From: a virus
Direction: 5' to 3' (one strand)
Virus record (IMG/VR): IMGVR_UViG_3300043410_001823
Location: 21,338-85,337 of that record
Length of the DNA stretch: 64,000 nucleotides
The translations under genes and the position numbers were made by a program. Numbering within the stretch: the stretch's first letter is position 1; each line of letters begins with the position of its first letter. This document shows positions 27,012 to 38,500 of the stretch, piece by piece. The notes below the pieces were generated by a model. It saw only the letters and a program-made list of their open reading frames with translations. It did not search any database and was not told the origin of the DNA.

Positions 27012-30000
27012 TAGTAATCAACCCACAAATCTCCAATAACTCCAGCAGTATTGCTTGGTGTGTTTGTTGAATCCACACTTGTATCTCTATAGTATACACC
27101 AAGTCCAAGCTTTACTTCTCCAGTATCTGGGGTCTGAACAAGCATTCTTTGTCGTGGATGAGGACCAAGTGGGTACATATCCAAATAATATACCGATCCC
27201 TTTGTCATATTAATATTGCCTTGAGCACGAATACCTTTAATTGTTGTTCCACTTGAACCAAGAGTAATCATTGATGGACCATCATATGCGTTATTTCCAT
27301 CTTGACTAGATGTGTATGATGTTATTAAGGAAATCTGATTTGACTCATACTTAATATAAGCAGAAGATCCTCCAAGGTTGAAAGTTCCACCATTATCCAA
27401 ATAATACCCGTCAGCCGTACTTGCAACGCTTGTTTTAGAACCACCCGCAAGTGTTCCCTTAATTGTTGCTGCTTGAGCATACATTGTTCCATCATGTTTA
27501 ACCCAGAAGTTTGCATTAGAAGATGTTGGGCTTCCAGTTAGCAACCCTGCTTCAATAGCATACTCAGAATCTGCTCCAGCAATAATTCTTACGCCCTTTG
27601 CAGAGTTTGCTGTTGATGAAACAACCTTTAAATAGTTGTTTGCAGAATCTAAGGTAATATAATCTGATGTAATAGTTCCATCTGCTATGAGCCATCCAGA
27701 TGCCTCGCTTGATCCAAACAAAGCTTTTTTGCTCCACAGGCTAATACCACTTACACCCTTATATGAAATAGGATTAGAGTAAATTTTTGTAGTAGGTGAA
27801 CTTGATGAATCAAGGGCCAATAAGCCTTCAGATCCAACCTTTACAGTTCCAGTTCCAGCAGATATCAGGTAGGACCCAGAGTTAATGTTAACATTTGCAC
27901 CAAAATAAGATTGCTGATTTACTGTAATGCTTCCTGTAATTGTTGCAGAAGAAGCTGTTAAGGCACCAGTGTTTGTTACCTTAAAAACTCCTCCACCTGC
28001 ATTAATAAGGTCTGAAGTTGTTCCATCACCTATAATGCTAATCTTTCTTGCAACCACTTGACCTGCTGGGGTTACAGAGAATTTTGCCATTCCGTCAGAA
28101 TTTTTAGATGCATCTGCACCTGCCCAGAATGCATATGTTCCACTAGCAGACAATCCAGTATATGTTGAACCACTGACATACCCATCATTTTCAATGGCTG
28201 TTGGAGAAATTGTCCAGTCTGCGATTACAGCTCTTTTTGTAATAAACGTAGGAGACCCTGCAGACGCACTATTAATGATTTCTGTAGTCCAGTCTCCATT
28301 TGAATCGTATGCAAAAATACCATCCTTATTAAAAAATACCTGTGGATATTGTGTGCTATCACCCACACCAGCAAATATAGAACCATCGGTAGCAATTTTT
28401 ATTGGGTTTTCAATTAATGTTACCAAACCTATGTCGATTGGGTTTACAGAAACACCACTCTCTTGCCCAACCTTTTCCATACTGTAATACGAGTTATTAT
28501 TAAATTGATCATAATATCTTACAATCACATATCTTGTATCGTTATTTGGAGTAATAATAGTTGCAGGACTGAGTCCAGAGTAAACCATGTCTGCGTCATC
28601 AGTTGGGACACTTGTCCATGCAACTGATTTTTCATATACTTCTAATCTTGTTGCCCCTACTGGCATATCAAAGTCAACAACGTAACCATTAGAAATTGGA
28701 CTAACTCTAAATATTCCTGATGGGGAATTTACATTGGGAGTTCCTAATGTTGGATATAAAGTAGCTAGAGGGTTTGCTCTAGTTACTGGACCAGAGGAAA
28801 TTACTGCACCCAATGTTTCTACACCTTGTGCAGATACGGATGTTATATATGCCTTAAACTTAGAATAATATGTTCCAAACTGACCATACATGTCTAAAGA
28901 CTTAATGGTAAATGATGTTTCAGAGCCTGTTATTAAGTGATAGAAGTATGCATATAATGATGTGCTTTCTACATCGTTTATATATGGTACTAATTTTACC
29001 TTTACCGTTGTTCCAGCATTGGATGATGGCTGAGTATAAGAAACATTAATGTCGTTACCGTTCCAAGAAATGCTTGCTGCTGTAAACTGTGTTGGAGGGT
29101 TGGTATTTACAGGCATAAAAGAATCTGGAGTGATATCTGCAATGTCTGAATAAACGGATGGCAAAGCTGCCTCTCCTACAAACTTAACTCTAACCCATCT
29201 ATGAGCATCGTCTGGAGCATAAATGACAATTGGGCTAGTCGCAGTTATTGGTGAGGCTTGAACCCATCCCTGTGTCAGACTAACATTTGCCTTTATAGTT
29301 TCAGTTGTTACTTGTTCTTCTACAATAATTCCATAAAATGATCCAACAGCTAGAGCTTGAGCTAAATTCTCAACTGTAACCGCATAATAATCTACACCCT
29401 TTGATAATGTGATGACAGGCTGAGGCAGTGGTGACACATATGCTGGAACAGTTGCACAAACATATTCTCCAACATTGATGTAGTCTGCTGAAGCTACACA
29501 AACTTGATTTATTGTTGAAATTAAGTTAATGCCTGTTGCATTTAATACCACAAAAGAAAGTCTTAATGTTTGTGAAACTGAGTTTGTATCTATAAAACTA
29601 GTTGCTGAATATCCATAGCCAGCTTGAAGAACATAATCTTTGTTTTTTGCTGAATCGTGAACTTTAATAAGAAATCTATCAATCCATTGATTCTCATCGG
29701 CAGCTGGGTCCCAATCAAATGTTAAAACAATATCATCGCCATCCCATGCAGCAACTAAGTTGGTGACACCTAGTGGCGCAGTTCCTTTTACTGGTCCACC
29801 AAAGACTCCTCCAGAATCTCCGCCATCACCTGGAGTTGGCTTTGGATTATCTCCAGTATATAGTGATGATGATGAGTTTGCTATAGTAGAAAGAAAAGCT
29901 CCTACTGGTTTGTTTAATCCAATATTTGCAACTTCAGCATTTTGTCTTGCTAACTTAAATGGTGCTGTTATAGATGATGATCTGGGGTCATCTAGATCAA

Positions 30001-30064
30001 TATGCAACGTCTGTCTTTTAGCTGTTGATGAGCTTGAAATATATGACGGAGATATTTTTTTCAT
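27011..30064 (-). CDS. Minor tail/tail fibre protein
   Basis: FN3-like N-terminal half and beta-repeat C-terminal half (AFWAG, FSVTPAG, FWVKHDG). Ends in GDLWVDY. Confidence 0.7.
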   Translation of the reverse strand: MKKISPSYISSSSTAKRQTLHIDLDDPRSSSITAPFKLARQNAEVANIGLNKPVGAFLSTIANSSSSLYTGDNPKPTPGDGGDSGGVFGGPVKGTAPLGVTNLVAAWDGDDIVLTFDWDPAADENQWIDRFLIKVHDSAKNKDYVLQAGYGYSATSFIDTNSVSQTLRLSFVVLNATGINLISTINQVCVASADYINVGEYVCATVPAYVSPLPQPVITLSKGVDYYAVTVENLAQALAVGSFYGIIVEEQVTTETIKANVSLTQGWVQASPITATSPIVIYAPDDAHRWVRVKFVGEAALPSVYSDIADITPDSFMPVNTNPPTQFTAASISWNGNDINVSYTQPSSNAGTTVKVKLVPYINDVESTSLYAYFYHLITGSETSFTIKSLDMYGQFGTYYSKFKAYITSVSAQGVETLGAVISSGPVTRANPLATLYPTLGTPNVNSPSGIFRVSPISNGYVVDFDMPVGATRLEVYEKSVAWTSVPTDDADMVYSGLSPATIITPNNDTRYVIVRYYDQFNNNSYYSMEKVGQESGVSVNPIDIGLVTLIENPIKIATDGSIFAGVGDSTQYPQVFFNKDGIFAYDSNGDWTTEIINSASAGSPTFITKRAVIADWTISPTAIENDGYVSGSTYTGLSASGTYAFWAGADASKNSDGMAKFSVTPAGQVVARKISIIGDGTTSDLINAGGGVFKVTNTGALTASSATITGSITVNQQSYFGANVNINSGSYLISAGTGTVKVGSEGLLALDSSSSPTTKIYSNPISYKGVSGISLWSKKALFGSSEASGWLIADGTITSDYITLDSANNYLKVVSSTANSAKGVRIIAGADSEYAIEAGLLTGSPTSSNANFWVKHDGTMYAQAATIKGTLAGGSKTSVASTADGYYLDNGGTFNLGGSSAYIKYESNQISLITSYTSSQDGNNAYDGPSMITLGSSGTTIKGIRAQGNINMTKGSVYYLDMYPLGPHPRQRMLVQTPDTGEVKLGLGVYYRDTSVDSTNTPSNTAGVIGDLWVDY

Positions 30065-30077
30065 CTATATCCTAGTA

Positions 30078-30557
30078 TTACTTATGTCCTATAGCAATCC
30101 AGTTTACGTTAACAGTACCAGTTAACCAGTCTGAATTTTTTGCTGCATGTCTTAAAACAATATTAAAGCTTGATGGTGTTACATCTCTAACATTTGCAAT
30201 AATGTCTAAATAGTTAGTTGAGCTAGATGATACCTGAGCTTGAGCAACAATAAATGGAGATGATGAAAATGGTTGACCAATAAATGTTACGGGCATTGTG
30301 TATGTATACATGGTTCCATTAAATGTGAATCCTGGTGATGATGGGTTAAACTTTGTTTGTCCATATAGGATCTGTTGAGATGCCATATCGTACTGATATT
30401 CTGTGCTTGCGCCACTAACAGAAGAGCCACTGTAGACATTTCCATAGTTATTTGTCAAAGCAGAAATATTATCACTGTGCTGATTAACAACATTAACAAT
30501 TTGATTAATTGTTGATAGGTCAATGATTTTTGGATCTGATATTTTTATATATGCCAT
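30078..30557 (-). CDS. Minor tail protein with H-type-lectin/gp53-like C-terminal domain
   Basis: VTF..PFSSSP.IVA...VTPSSF...VNWIAIG motif. Confidence 0.6.
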   Translation of the reverse strand: MAYIKISDPKIIDLSTINQIVNVVNQHSDNISALTNNYGNVYSGSSVSGASTEYQYDMASQQILYGQTKFNPSSPGFTFNGTMYTYTMPVTFIGQPFSSSPFIVAQAQVSSSSTNYLDIIANVRDVTPSSFNIVLRHAAKNSDWLTGTVNVNWIAIGHK

Positions 30558-30586
30558 TTTTTCTCCTTAAATAAAATTATACCATG

Positions 30587-33500
30587 TTAGACGCTTATTC
30601 CAGCATCAAGCATTTTTAGTGATATCTGCGTTTGTAAGCCATTATTAAATGAGTTGTTTACAGAGTGAACCACATACTTTTGCTGATTAACTCCAGCAAC
30701 TGGGTATGTTAGCTTGACAACATCTCCTACCTCAATAAGTGGATTTCCGAATATGTTCAAGGACACATCCTTAGAGAAGTTTTCAAGAGAGGTAGAAACT
30801 AGCTTTAGAAGCTTATTAGCATCTTGCTTAGACTGGATAAATTCGCTATCTAATTGAACGACTTCTTGCATATTTCCTGGATTGGTTACAACCTCAATAA
30901 TTTCAGGATCTGACGGAACAATAATCTCGTGTGTCCATAGATTAAAATTAACTGCAAACTGATTAATATCATCGGAGTCTTTTTTGAGGTATACCATATG
31001 TGAGCTATTGTTGGCTACCGCAAACTTACCTCTAAATCCTGTATTAACTGGTGTTGAATATGCTACAGAATATTCATCAACAACCTGCCTTTGTAGATAT
31101 TTTTGATCTAACAATGTATTTCCAGGGAAGTAGTACCATGCATACTCTACTGGCAATACATCTACCGATACCGCAGAACCGTTGGTATACTGAACATCAT
31201 ATACGTTAATTCCAGTTACACATGGTTGAGTTTGCATTATAAACTCGTCATAGTTAGAGGCTAGATTGTGTCCCTGAACTAAACCATTTAAAAACTCTGG
31301 ATCTTGAAAATAATAATTTACGCTTCTATTTTTTAGAATTTTTTCAGATGCGTAGATCTCTCTGACATAACCAATAAGCCCATTAGAGCTAGTCTCTGGG
31401 TAGTGTAATGGTTCTTTCCATTCACCGTCTATATAGCTAGAAGGAAGGACGGTTGGAGCATTAGATAGAAATACTCCGAACTTTGTATCTGTCCCCTTTG
31501 CATATTCAAGCAATGCAACCTTTTTCCTTAAACCATTAACAGTATTAACATCTGTGCTTTTCCATGCATCATTTTCATAAACTTGCCAACCACTAATCTC
31601 AAAATTATTTAAAAATGCTGTGAATGTATGTCCCGTTGGGTTATCTGCAGAACCCTCACCACTTTCATGATAATCAAACTCTTCCATAGCAATTCTTAAA
31701 TTAAATGCTTCATGTGGATCGACATAAAGGATATAAGCATCTGACCCATCTTTTTTAGTCGGTGACGGATTTTTAACCCATATCTTTTCAAAATTACTCA
31801 TAATAGAATTGACTACGCCAGACACGTTAGCATAAGCTATCGGAGAAAGATCACCAGAATAGGCATCTTGCTTAGAGAAAATTAATGCATACATATAATC
31901 TGCTGCTGCAGTTTGTGGTGGATTATATCTAACCAGTTCTAAGAAATATGTATCAGCTAAATTAGATTCATACATATTAAAAAATATACCGCCAGAACAT
32001 AGCTCTACTGGTCTATTTGACTCAATTGGCATAAAGAATTTTCCTGAGTAAGAATTATACACGCTATCTGATGCTGACCCAGAATATATGAGCGTTCTGC
32101 CAGTTGCGCCTGGCTCTACCTGAATATAATAATATGGATCCGAATTCTGTGTAGTTACTACGCTTGCATTATTGCTTGTAGAGAGGGTAGTTCCATTATG
32201 GTCTTTAGCATATAGGTCTTTTTTAGTATTTACCCCTGTTGAAAAATCTCCAGATATAACTTCATGCTTTGCTGCACTTGTACCAAACATTCCACGCTGA
32301 ATATTAGTAATAGTGCCTAATGGTTCAATAGTTATATCATAACTTGTTGCTTTTTCAAATCTGCCTGACGTCCAACCTGACTGCATTGTGTCTGATGTTG
32401 GAGATATTACAGTAAATGAGTTAGATGTTACGTTTTGCACTACATAAGATCCATTGAGAGCTTCTGGCTTCATACCTCTAATAGATACAAGGTCTCCAAC
32501 TTTTACCGTAGTTAATGGGTTTTTGACATCTGCTGTTGGTGTACTTGAGAATGAATATGTTGCAAAATTTTGTCCACCCGATTCTGATTGAGATACACCA
32601 GAAATAATTCCTACATTTTCTACAAGACCAATTCTTTTTTCTTTAATAAATTGATTAATTGCTGCACCAAGCTCGATGTCATTTTTAACAGATATTTCTG
32701 AGTATGTGGCAGAATCCGATGTCTTTGAAATCTTATATTTTTTATATACAAAAGATACAATTTCATTTTCAATAGCAGCATATCCATTAGTTGATAGGTT
32801 AAAAGTATGGAATATATCTAGTAAGTCTGACTTGTGCAATGTAAATTGATGATCTGTTTCAGACATGTCTTCTACTAAGTAATTTAATCCTAGAGAATCA
32901 ATGCTCTGCTGTTCCCACACAACGTCGTTACTTGTTGTATATATGTACGACGGTCCATTCTTGATTTGTGGGTCTATAACATTTTGCAATGATAAAGACT
33001 GCTTAATTCTAGGAGTTGTATATCTTAAAGAAATCTTTCCTGGCTTTGCCTTGGTAGAAACAGAATAACCACCATTAAGGATATCTGAATCATCCAATGA
33101 AAAATCTTGAGTAGCCGAAGCTTTTCCAAGAATATTGGATAAGCTCATAAACTTCATTACACCAAAATTATCTATATAGGCTGCTATTTGATATGGCAAA
33201 AAGATTTGATTTAGCGCTTCTGCTAACGTAGTGTCTTTTGAGTTGCAGTAGTAATAACTAATACTTAATGGAGTGTGTGAATCCATACATGCAGCATATA
33301 AAGAATCTACATCATAATCTGTAAACCCACTTAAATCCAAGATATTTGTTATGGTTTCAAACGCAGTTTTAAAATGAGAAACATAGTCTGAGGCTGGGAC
33401 ATTTTGAAGGTATCTAGTGATATCATAGCATTGTACAGAAACTCTATCAATATCATCTTGTTGCCAAGAATCAGAATAATAGACTCCTCCAGGAATAATC

Positions 33501-35041
33501 GTGTTGGAGACTGTTTCCCCTCCAGAAGACCAGTTTGCATAACTCTTAAGGTTATAGTTAATGTAGAACTTTACATTCTTTTTAAACATACCCTTTAGTT
33601 GTGTTGACGTATAATTACTAATATCTGAAAAAACTGGCACTGGGCTATTAATATCTCCAAGAGGCATTCCACTAAAAGAAATATTTGCATCGTCAGTGAC
33701 TAGAGAAGAAATCGGCATAACCGTATCTTTTCCATCTAAGGATTTATTGGTAGATGTTTCTAGTACAAAATCGCTTAGGTCAATTTCAAGTCTTGGTGAT
33801 ACCTCAATTAGCTGCATACTATCAGCATCTTGAGATACATATGGATTGTCTAAATCAAACTCTGGCAATACTGTTGCGCTGTTTTGAGTCACTGTAATTT
33901 TTTTAATATATACATAGCTAGTAATAGATCCATTAGTTCCAATTGTTGGCATTGATGCCTGTGGCCATCTAGAAGTTGTTAAAGAATTACCGTCTAAATA
34001 TACGATTAAAACACCAGTTGAGTTAGGGGCTCCCTGAAATGATATGGTTGAATTATCTGATTTTGTAACCGTAACTGTGACAGACGGAGATGATAAAAAT
34101 GTGTTGAACTTTAAAACAATCTTATTCATGATAATAGGAATGTTATAAATAGCAGAAACTGAGTTGTCTACATTTTGTCCAGATACGTAGTATTTATATG
34201 AAGAAATGTCTGTTAGTAATGCGCTTTTATATATTGGGGCATCTGATGAAAGCGCAAAGAAATTTGGAGTAGATACAATCGGACTTACTGGCATCTTAAA
34301 TGGTGAAGAATATCCTTGTAGTATGCTTGTGTTGTTTACTTTTCTATAATTGTCTGCAAATGGTGCTCCTCCAGTGCCTAGGGCATACCCTGCATTTCCT
34401 GTGCAAACGTAAGATTCCCCTGGTCTAAATGATGAAAAAACAACATCTGTTGGCCAAGTAGTTCCATATTGATAATCAAAATATGAGGTCTCATAGACCT
34501 GTGGAGTTGTAAAATATAGGTATGACTGGCTGCTTTGTGATGCATCTCCAATTGGAGAATATGTCATTCTGTATGTAAGTGAATCTATTGCAGACTGTGA
34601 TCCAACATATGTCTCTATCTTGGTCCAGCTAAAGGAATTGATTTCTTCGCTACTGGATCCAAACTGATTTTCTGTTCCATTTGCACTAATGTTTACCAAA
34701 ACTGGCTTATCTAAGTCAGTTGTTACATATGTGACAATCTTAAAAGCTTTATACCCATTTGTAGGAAAGTCTGGAGTGCTATCTGGAACTAATGAAAATG
34801 AAGCAGTAGCAACAGAGTTATTGCTATTAATTTCTTTTTTTAGCGCAGACAGTCCTTGGTATGTTTTAGTAGACGAAGTTATTCCGCTACCAGCTGTGAC
34901 TGCAACAGTATTCTTAGCATTACCAGCAACAGTGTATGATGGTGGATTAAAAATATTCTGATTCCACTCAGCAGAAACTACTGGTGTTAAGGTAATTGAC
35001 TCAGATTCAGTGAATATGGATGAGCTAACATTTGTTAACAT
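30587..35041 (-). CDS. Large tail-tip/hub protein
   Basis: 1484 aa, immediately after the Dit-like gene. C-terminal GNPLIEVGDVVKL hub motif. Confidence 0.7.
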   Translation of the reverse strand: MLTNVSSSIFTESESITLTPVVSAEWNQNIFNPPSYTVAGNAKNTVAVTAGSGITSSTKTYQGLSALKKEINSNNSVATASFSLVPDSTPDFPTNGYKAFKIVTYVTTDLDKPVLVNISANGTENQFGSSSEEINSFSWTKIETYVGSQSAIDSLTYRMTYSPIGDASQSSQSYLYFTTPQVYETSYFDYQYGTTWPTDVVFSSFRPGESYVCTGNAGYALGTGGAPFADNYRKVNNTSILQGYSSPFKMPVSPIVSTPNFFALSSDAPIYKSALLTDISSYKYYVSGQNVDNSVSAIYNIPIIMNKIVLKFNTFLSSPSVTVTVTKSDNSTISFQGAPNSTGVLIVYLDGNSLTTSRWPQASMPTIGTNGSITSYVYIKKITVTQNSATVLPEFDLDNPYVSQDADSMQLIEVSPRLEIDLSDFVLETSTNKSLDGKDTVMPISSLVTDDANISFSGMPLGDINSPVPVFSDISNYTSTQLKGMFKKNVKFYINYNLKSYANWSSGGETVSNTIIPGGVYYSDSWQQDDIDRVSVQCYDITRYLQNVPASDYVSHFKTAFETITNILDLSGFTDYDVDSLYAACMDSHTPLSISYYYCNSKDTTLAEALNQIFLPYQIAAYIDNFGVMKFMSLSNILGKASATQDFSLDDSDILNGGYSVSTKAKPGKISLRYTTPRIKQSLSLQNVIDPQIKNGPSYIYTTSNDVVWEQQSIDSLGLNYLVEDMSETDHQFTLHKSDLLDIFHTFNLSTNGYAAIENEIVSFVYKKYKISKTSDSATYSEISVKNDIELGAAINQFIKEKRIGLVENVGIISGVSQSESGGQNFATYSFSSTPTADVKNPLTTVKVGDLVSIRGMKPEALNGSYVVQNVTSNSFTVISPTSDTMQSGWTSGRFEKATSYDITIEPLGTITNIQRGMFGTSAAKHEVISGDFSTGVNTKKDLYAKDHNGTTLSTSNNASVVTTQNSDPYYYIQVEPGATGRTLIYSGSASDSVYNSYSGKFFMPIESNRPVELCSGGIFFNMYESNLADTYFLELVRYNPPQTAAADYMYALIFSKQDAYSGDLSPIAYANVSGVVNSIMSNFEKIWVKNPSPTKKDGSDAYILYVDPHEAFNLRIAMEEFDYHESGEGSADNPTGHTFTAFLNNFEISGWQVYENDAWKSTDVNTVNGLRKKVALLEYAKGTDTKFGVFLSNAPTVLPSSYIDGEWKEPLHYPETSSNGLIGYVREIYASEKILKNRSVNYYFQDPEFLNGLVQGHNLASNYDEFIMQTQPCVTGINVYDVQYTNGSAVSVDVLPVEYAWYYFPGNTLLDQKYLQRQVVDEYSVAYSTPVNTGFRGKFAVANNSSHMVYLKKDSDDINQFAVNFNLWTHEIIVPSDPEIIEVVTNPGNMQEVVQLDSEFIQSKQDANKLLKLVSTSLENFSKDVSLNIFGNPLIEVGDVVKLTYPVAGVNQQKYVVHSVNNSFNNGLQTQISLKMLDAGISV

Positions 35042-35514
35042 TAGATCTCCGTAAATTCAATATTCATTGAAACATAGTCACAATCTGTTGTTCTATGCAT
35101 AATAGTATTATTAAAATCAGTGATGAATACACGGTATGTTTGATATGTACTTTGTGCTGTTGCAAATGTTGAGTCTGATGGAGCTACTCCTGCAGCTGGT
35201 GTAGTTACAGATGAACTTGTTACCTTTACATATACTGGAATTCCAGCATTGGCTTCGTAGAAGGCCTCTAGCCATGCCCCGCCTTTGTTAGCATCTACAG
35301 TTAATTCACTCTTTGTTGGAACATAAGACCAATTAGTGGAAATTTTATTTTTCTTTGCAATAACAAATCTACGCATTTTGCCATTAGCCATTCTTTGTTC
35401 ATTCTGAATAAGCTCTGGAGTTACGTTAATTTCTTTTCTATTATGGTCTGTCAGCTTGTGCCAAGTTACCCCATCAAAGGATACAGCTAGACCAGTATTA
35501 ATTGCATATGCCAT
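35041..35514 (-). CDS. Distal-tail (Dit-like) protein
   Basis: Follows the tape measure gene; RMANGKMR motif and IEFTEI ending. Confidence 0.6.
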   Translation of the reverse strand: MAYAINTGLAVSFDGVTWHKLTDHNRKEINVTPELIQNEQRMANGKMRRFVIAKKNKISTNWSYVPTKSELTVDANKGGAWLEAFYEANAGIPVYVKVTSSSVTTPAAGVAPSDSTFATAQSTYQTYRVFITDFNNTIMHRTTDCDYVSMNIEFTEI

Positions 35515-38500
35515 TACATCACCATATTACTTCTGTTGGCTCTTGACGATAAAACATTTAGCTTCTTGATGACTTGATCAGCTATCTCATTTGCGCTTGA
35601 AGTTCCACCATTAATTGTCATTGTTACATTATACACTGAGCTATTGTTTGTTGCGCCATCATTTACACCAACTTTGCCATCATTTATAGCATTCATAAAT
35701 GATGTTCCATATGTTCTAACAGCTGCTTGACGCATTACATACTCACCATTTGATAGATTAATCATGCCACCTGCAGCGTATCCAACCCTAGCCTTTACAG
35801 AGTCCGACATAGCGGTTCCAGGGCCTCTTACAAGCCCTCCGAAAGCTAATCCAGACTTAGCCTTAGCCAATGCCTTTTCAGCTGCTGTAACCTTCTCTCC
35901 AGCCTGTAATGCAGAGATTCTGTTCTCAAGTCGTGTAATAGTTTTATCTAATGCAAGATTAGCTGTTTCCTTATTAAAGTCTGCAGTTGTTTTATACTGC
36001 TGTTGTTGAAGCATGGCTGCTTGAATATAGTTACCCTGTGCCTTTGCTTGCAATGCACTTTGTTGAAGATCTGCAAGTTTTTGCTGATATTCATATTGAC
36101 GATTAAGTTCATCATTAGTTTCTTTTATAAGGTCTCTTTTTGTCTTTAAAGCATCTAGTTCTTTTTGTAGTCTAGCAATTGTAAGTTTTGCTTCTTTAGA
36201 TAGCGTATCAGTTCCTGTGCCAGTCCCAGTTCCAGTTCCAGTGCCTGTTTCTTGTTTGGTCATTTCTGCTATTTGCTTTTGAAGTGCTAAACCTCTTTTT
36301 ACCGCTGCAGATAATTGCATCTGGGCTCTTCCAACAACTTTTGGATCATATTTATCTCTATTTGCTAATACTTTAAGAATCTGACTATCAACATCGAGGC
36401 CACCGTAAGACAAGGCTAAGAATGCATTCAGCTGGTCGTGAGCTCCCTTGATTCCAGCAGTTGCTTTTACTGCTGCAGGACCTAGCTTTTCAAACATACT
36501 ACTAATAAATTGTAGCTGAGTTGCTTGAGGCATTGATTGAATTTGCCCATTCAATACAGCTATTTGCTTATTAAATGATGTGGCATTAATCGTTCCCTGC
36601 TGGAATTGTCCAATAAGACCTTGATATATTCCAAACATAGAGGATGCTGCAGCATTCATTAGTGATTTTTGAGATTTTGAAAATTCAGTAATAACCTTAA
36701 CTATTGGTGCTGATCTTGGACCTGTATATTCAACTAAGGTCTTTTGAACACCCTTACCAAATGTTTCTGAAAACTTTTGAGAAATATTAGTTGCTTGTGA
36801 TTGAATATTTTTATCATTAATTACACCAACACTCTTAAAATCAAGCTTAAGGGCTGTCTTGCCAGATTCTACTTGGAGTGCTTGAATAATTGTTTGAATT
36901 TGATCTTGAGCAAAACCTCTTGCACCCAATTGTAACCCTAGTGACTGTAAAACCATTTTAGCATTAGAACCACTTGTTTTCTTTAATGAAGCAATGTCAT
37001 TTTTAAAATTCTTTTTAAAGTTTGGGTCTTCTCTTAGCTGGTCTACCTTTGTTTTTTGCTGGGCAGACATAGCCATCTGATTACCGCCAAGACTTTCATA
37101 TGGTAGTTTTGTAGTAACAACACCAAAGAAATCTCCTAGTGTCTTTAATTTATCACCAGACATGGTGGCAGCATCAGCTAATCCTTGAATTGCCACTCTT
37201 TCTTTTTCTCTCCACCAATTAACTACTTTAATTATTCCATATGTAGCTAGTAAACCACCCGAAACCAACTTCAATGGTCCAGGCAACATCTTTAATGCTT
37301 GTAACAAGAATCCAACTGTTGAGGCTTGTCCAGCAATTTCTCCAGCTTTACCTGGAAGCATTGATCCCATCATGAGCGCTGAAGATAGTCCAAATCCAAC
37401 CTTTGGATTACTTAACTTACTCATTGCAGTTCCAGCAACACCTCTCATGCGGGACAACATTGATGCCTTTGGAGCTACTCCTCCAGCGACAATACCTCTC
37501 TTAGCAAGTTTTCTTTCATGACGAGCAATAGATTTTTGAACAGCAATATCTGCAGAATCAGCTGTTCCATTAACCATTGTTCTAGATGCTGTTTTTGCTT
37601 GTGCTGTTTTTTCTTCAATTCCATTGACATAGCCTTGACCAAAATCATTACCAAGTTCACGACCAACTTCTGATGGAGATGCAGACTTTTGTGCTTGCTT
37701 AACTCCTCGTTCAACAATAACAACTAAACCTTTTGCCTGTCTTGTTAATGCATCACGTAATTGTTTTGTTGGTGTTGAAATTTTTGTTAAGTCAAGCATT
37801 TGTCTATCTGCAACGTGAGCTTTAACTAATCCCTCTGTGCTTGATAGTCCTAATGCTTTAGATACCTTGTCATATACAGAACTCTTATTTCTATATGAAG
37901 ATACTCCTGCTGTTGTTTGTGCACGGCCTATTGATTCTAAAAGACCACTAGATCTTCTTCTCTTCATTGAAGTATCTTCAAATGTAGTGATCTCGGTAAA
38001 AAACTTTTCTACAGCATTTGAATAAACGCTTCCATAGTTTTGTGCCTGCTGCCTTGCAACCTTCTGATAAATCTGTGTTAATTGTTGATCCGCAACTTTA
38101 TTATTTCCAAGAGTTAAAAGTTCTTGAGCAATGCCCTGTGAAATAGAAGAACCAAACTTAGCAAGATTAGGATCTTTTCCGAGCATCTTAACAATATCTG
38201 GAGAACGCTTTGCACCAAGGGCTTCTGCAATTGCAGTAATAATTGGAGACTGAATTCCTGCGCCGCCCTGTGCAAATTCTGCAGCTAGGTCAGATGCTGC
38301 AATTCCTGATCCGCCCTTACGTGTATTAAGAGCATAGTTAGTTGATTTCTTTAATAGTGTAACGGCGTTGGTGTATGCAGGGAATAATCCATTTTGAAAA
38401 CCTGGAATATTTCCAGCTACAAGTCCTGCAGTTAGGTGTGGATATTTTTGTACATTTTTTGCTGGAATAACTGCTTCACCATTTGAAAGCATTGCTGGTA

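Noticed and set aside
36213-36247. (GT)n peptide repeat in the tape measure protein
   Set aside because: A short flexible linker with no evidence of a separate function.
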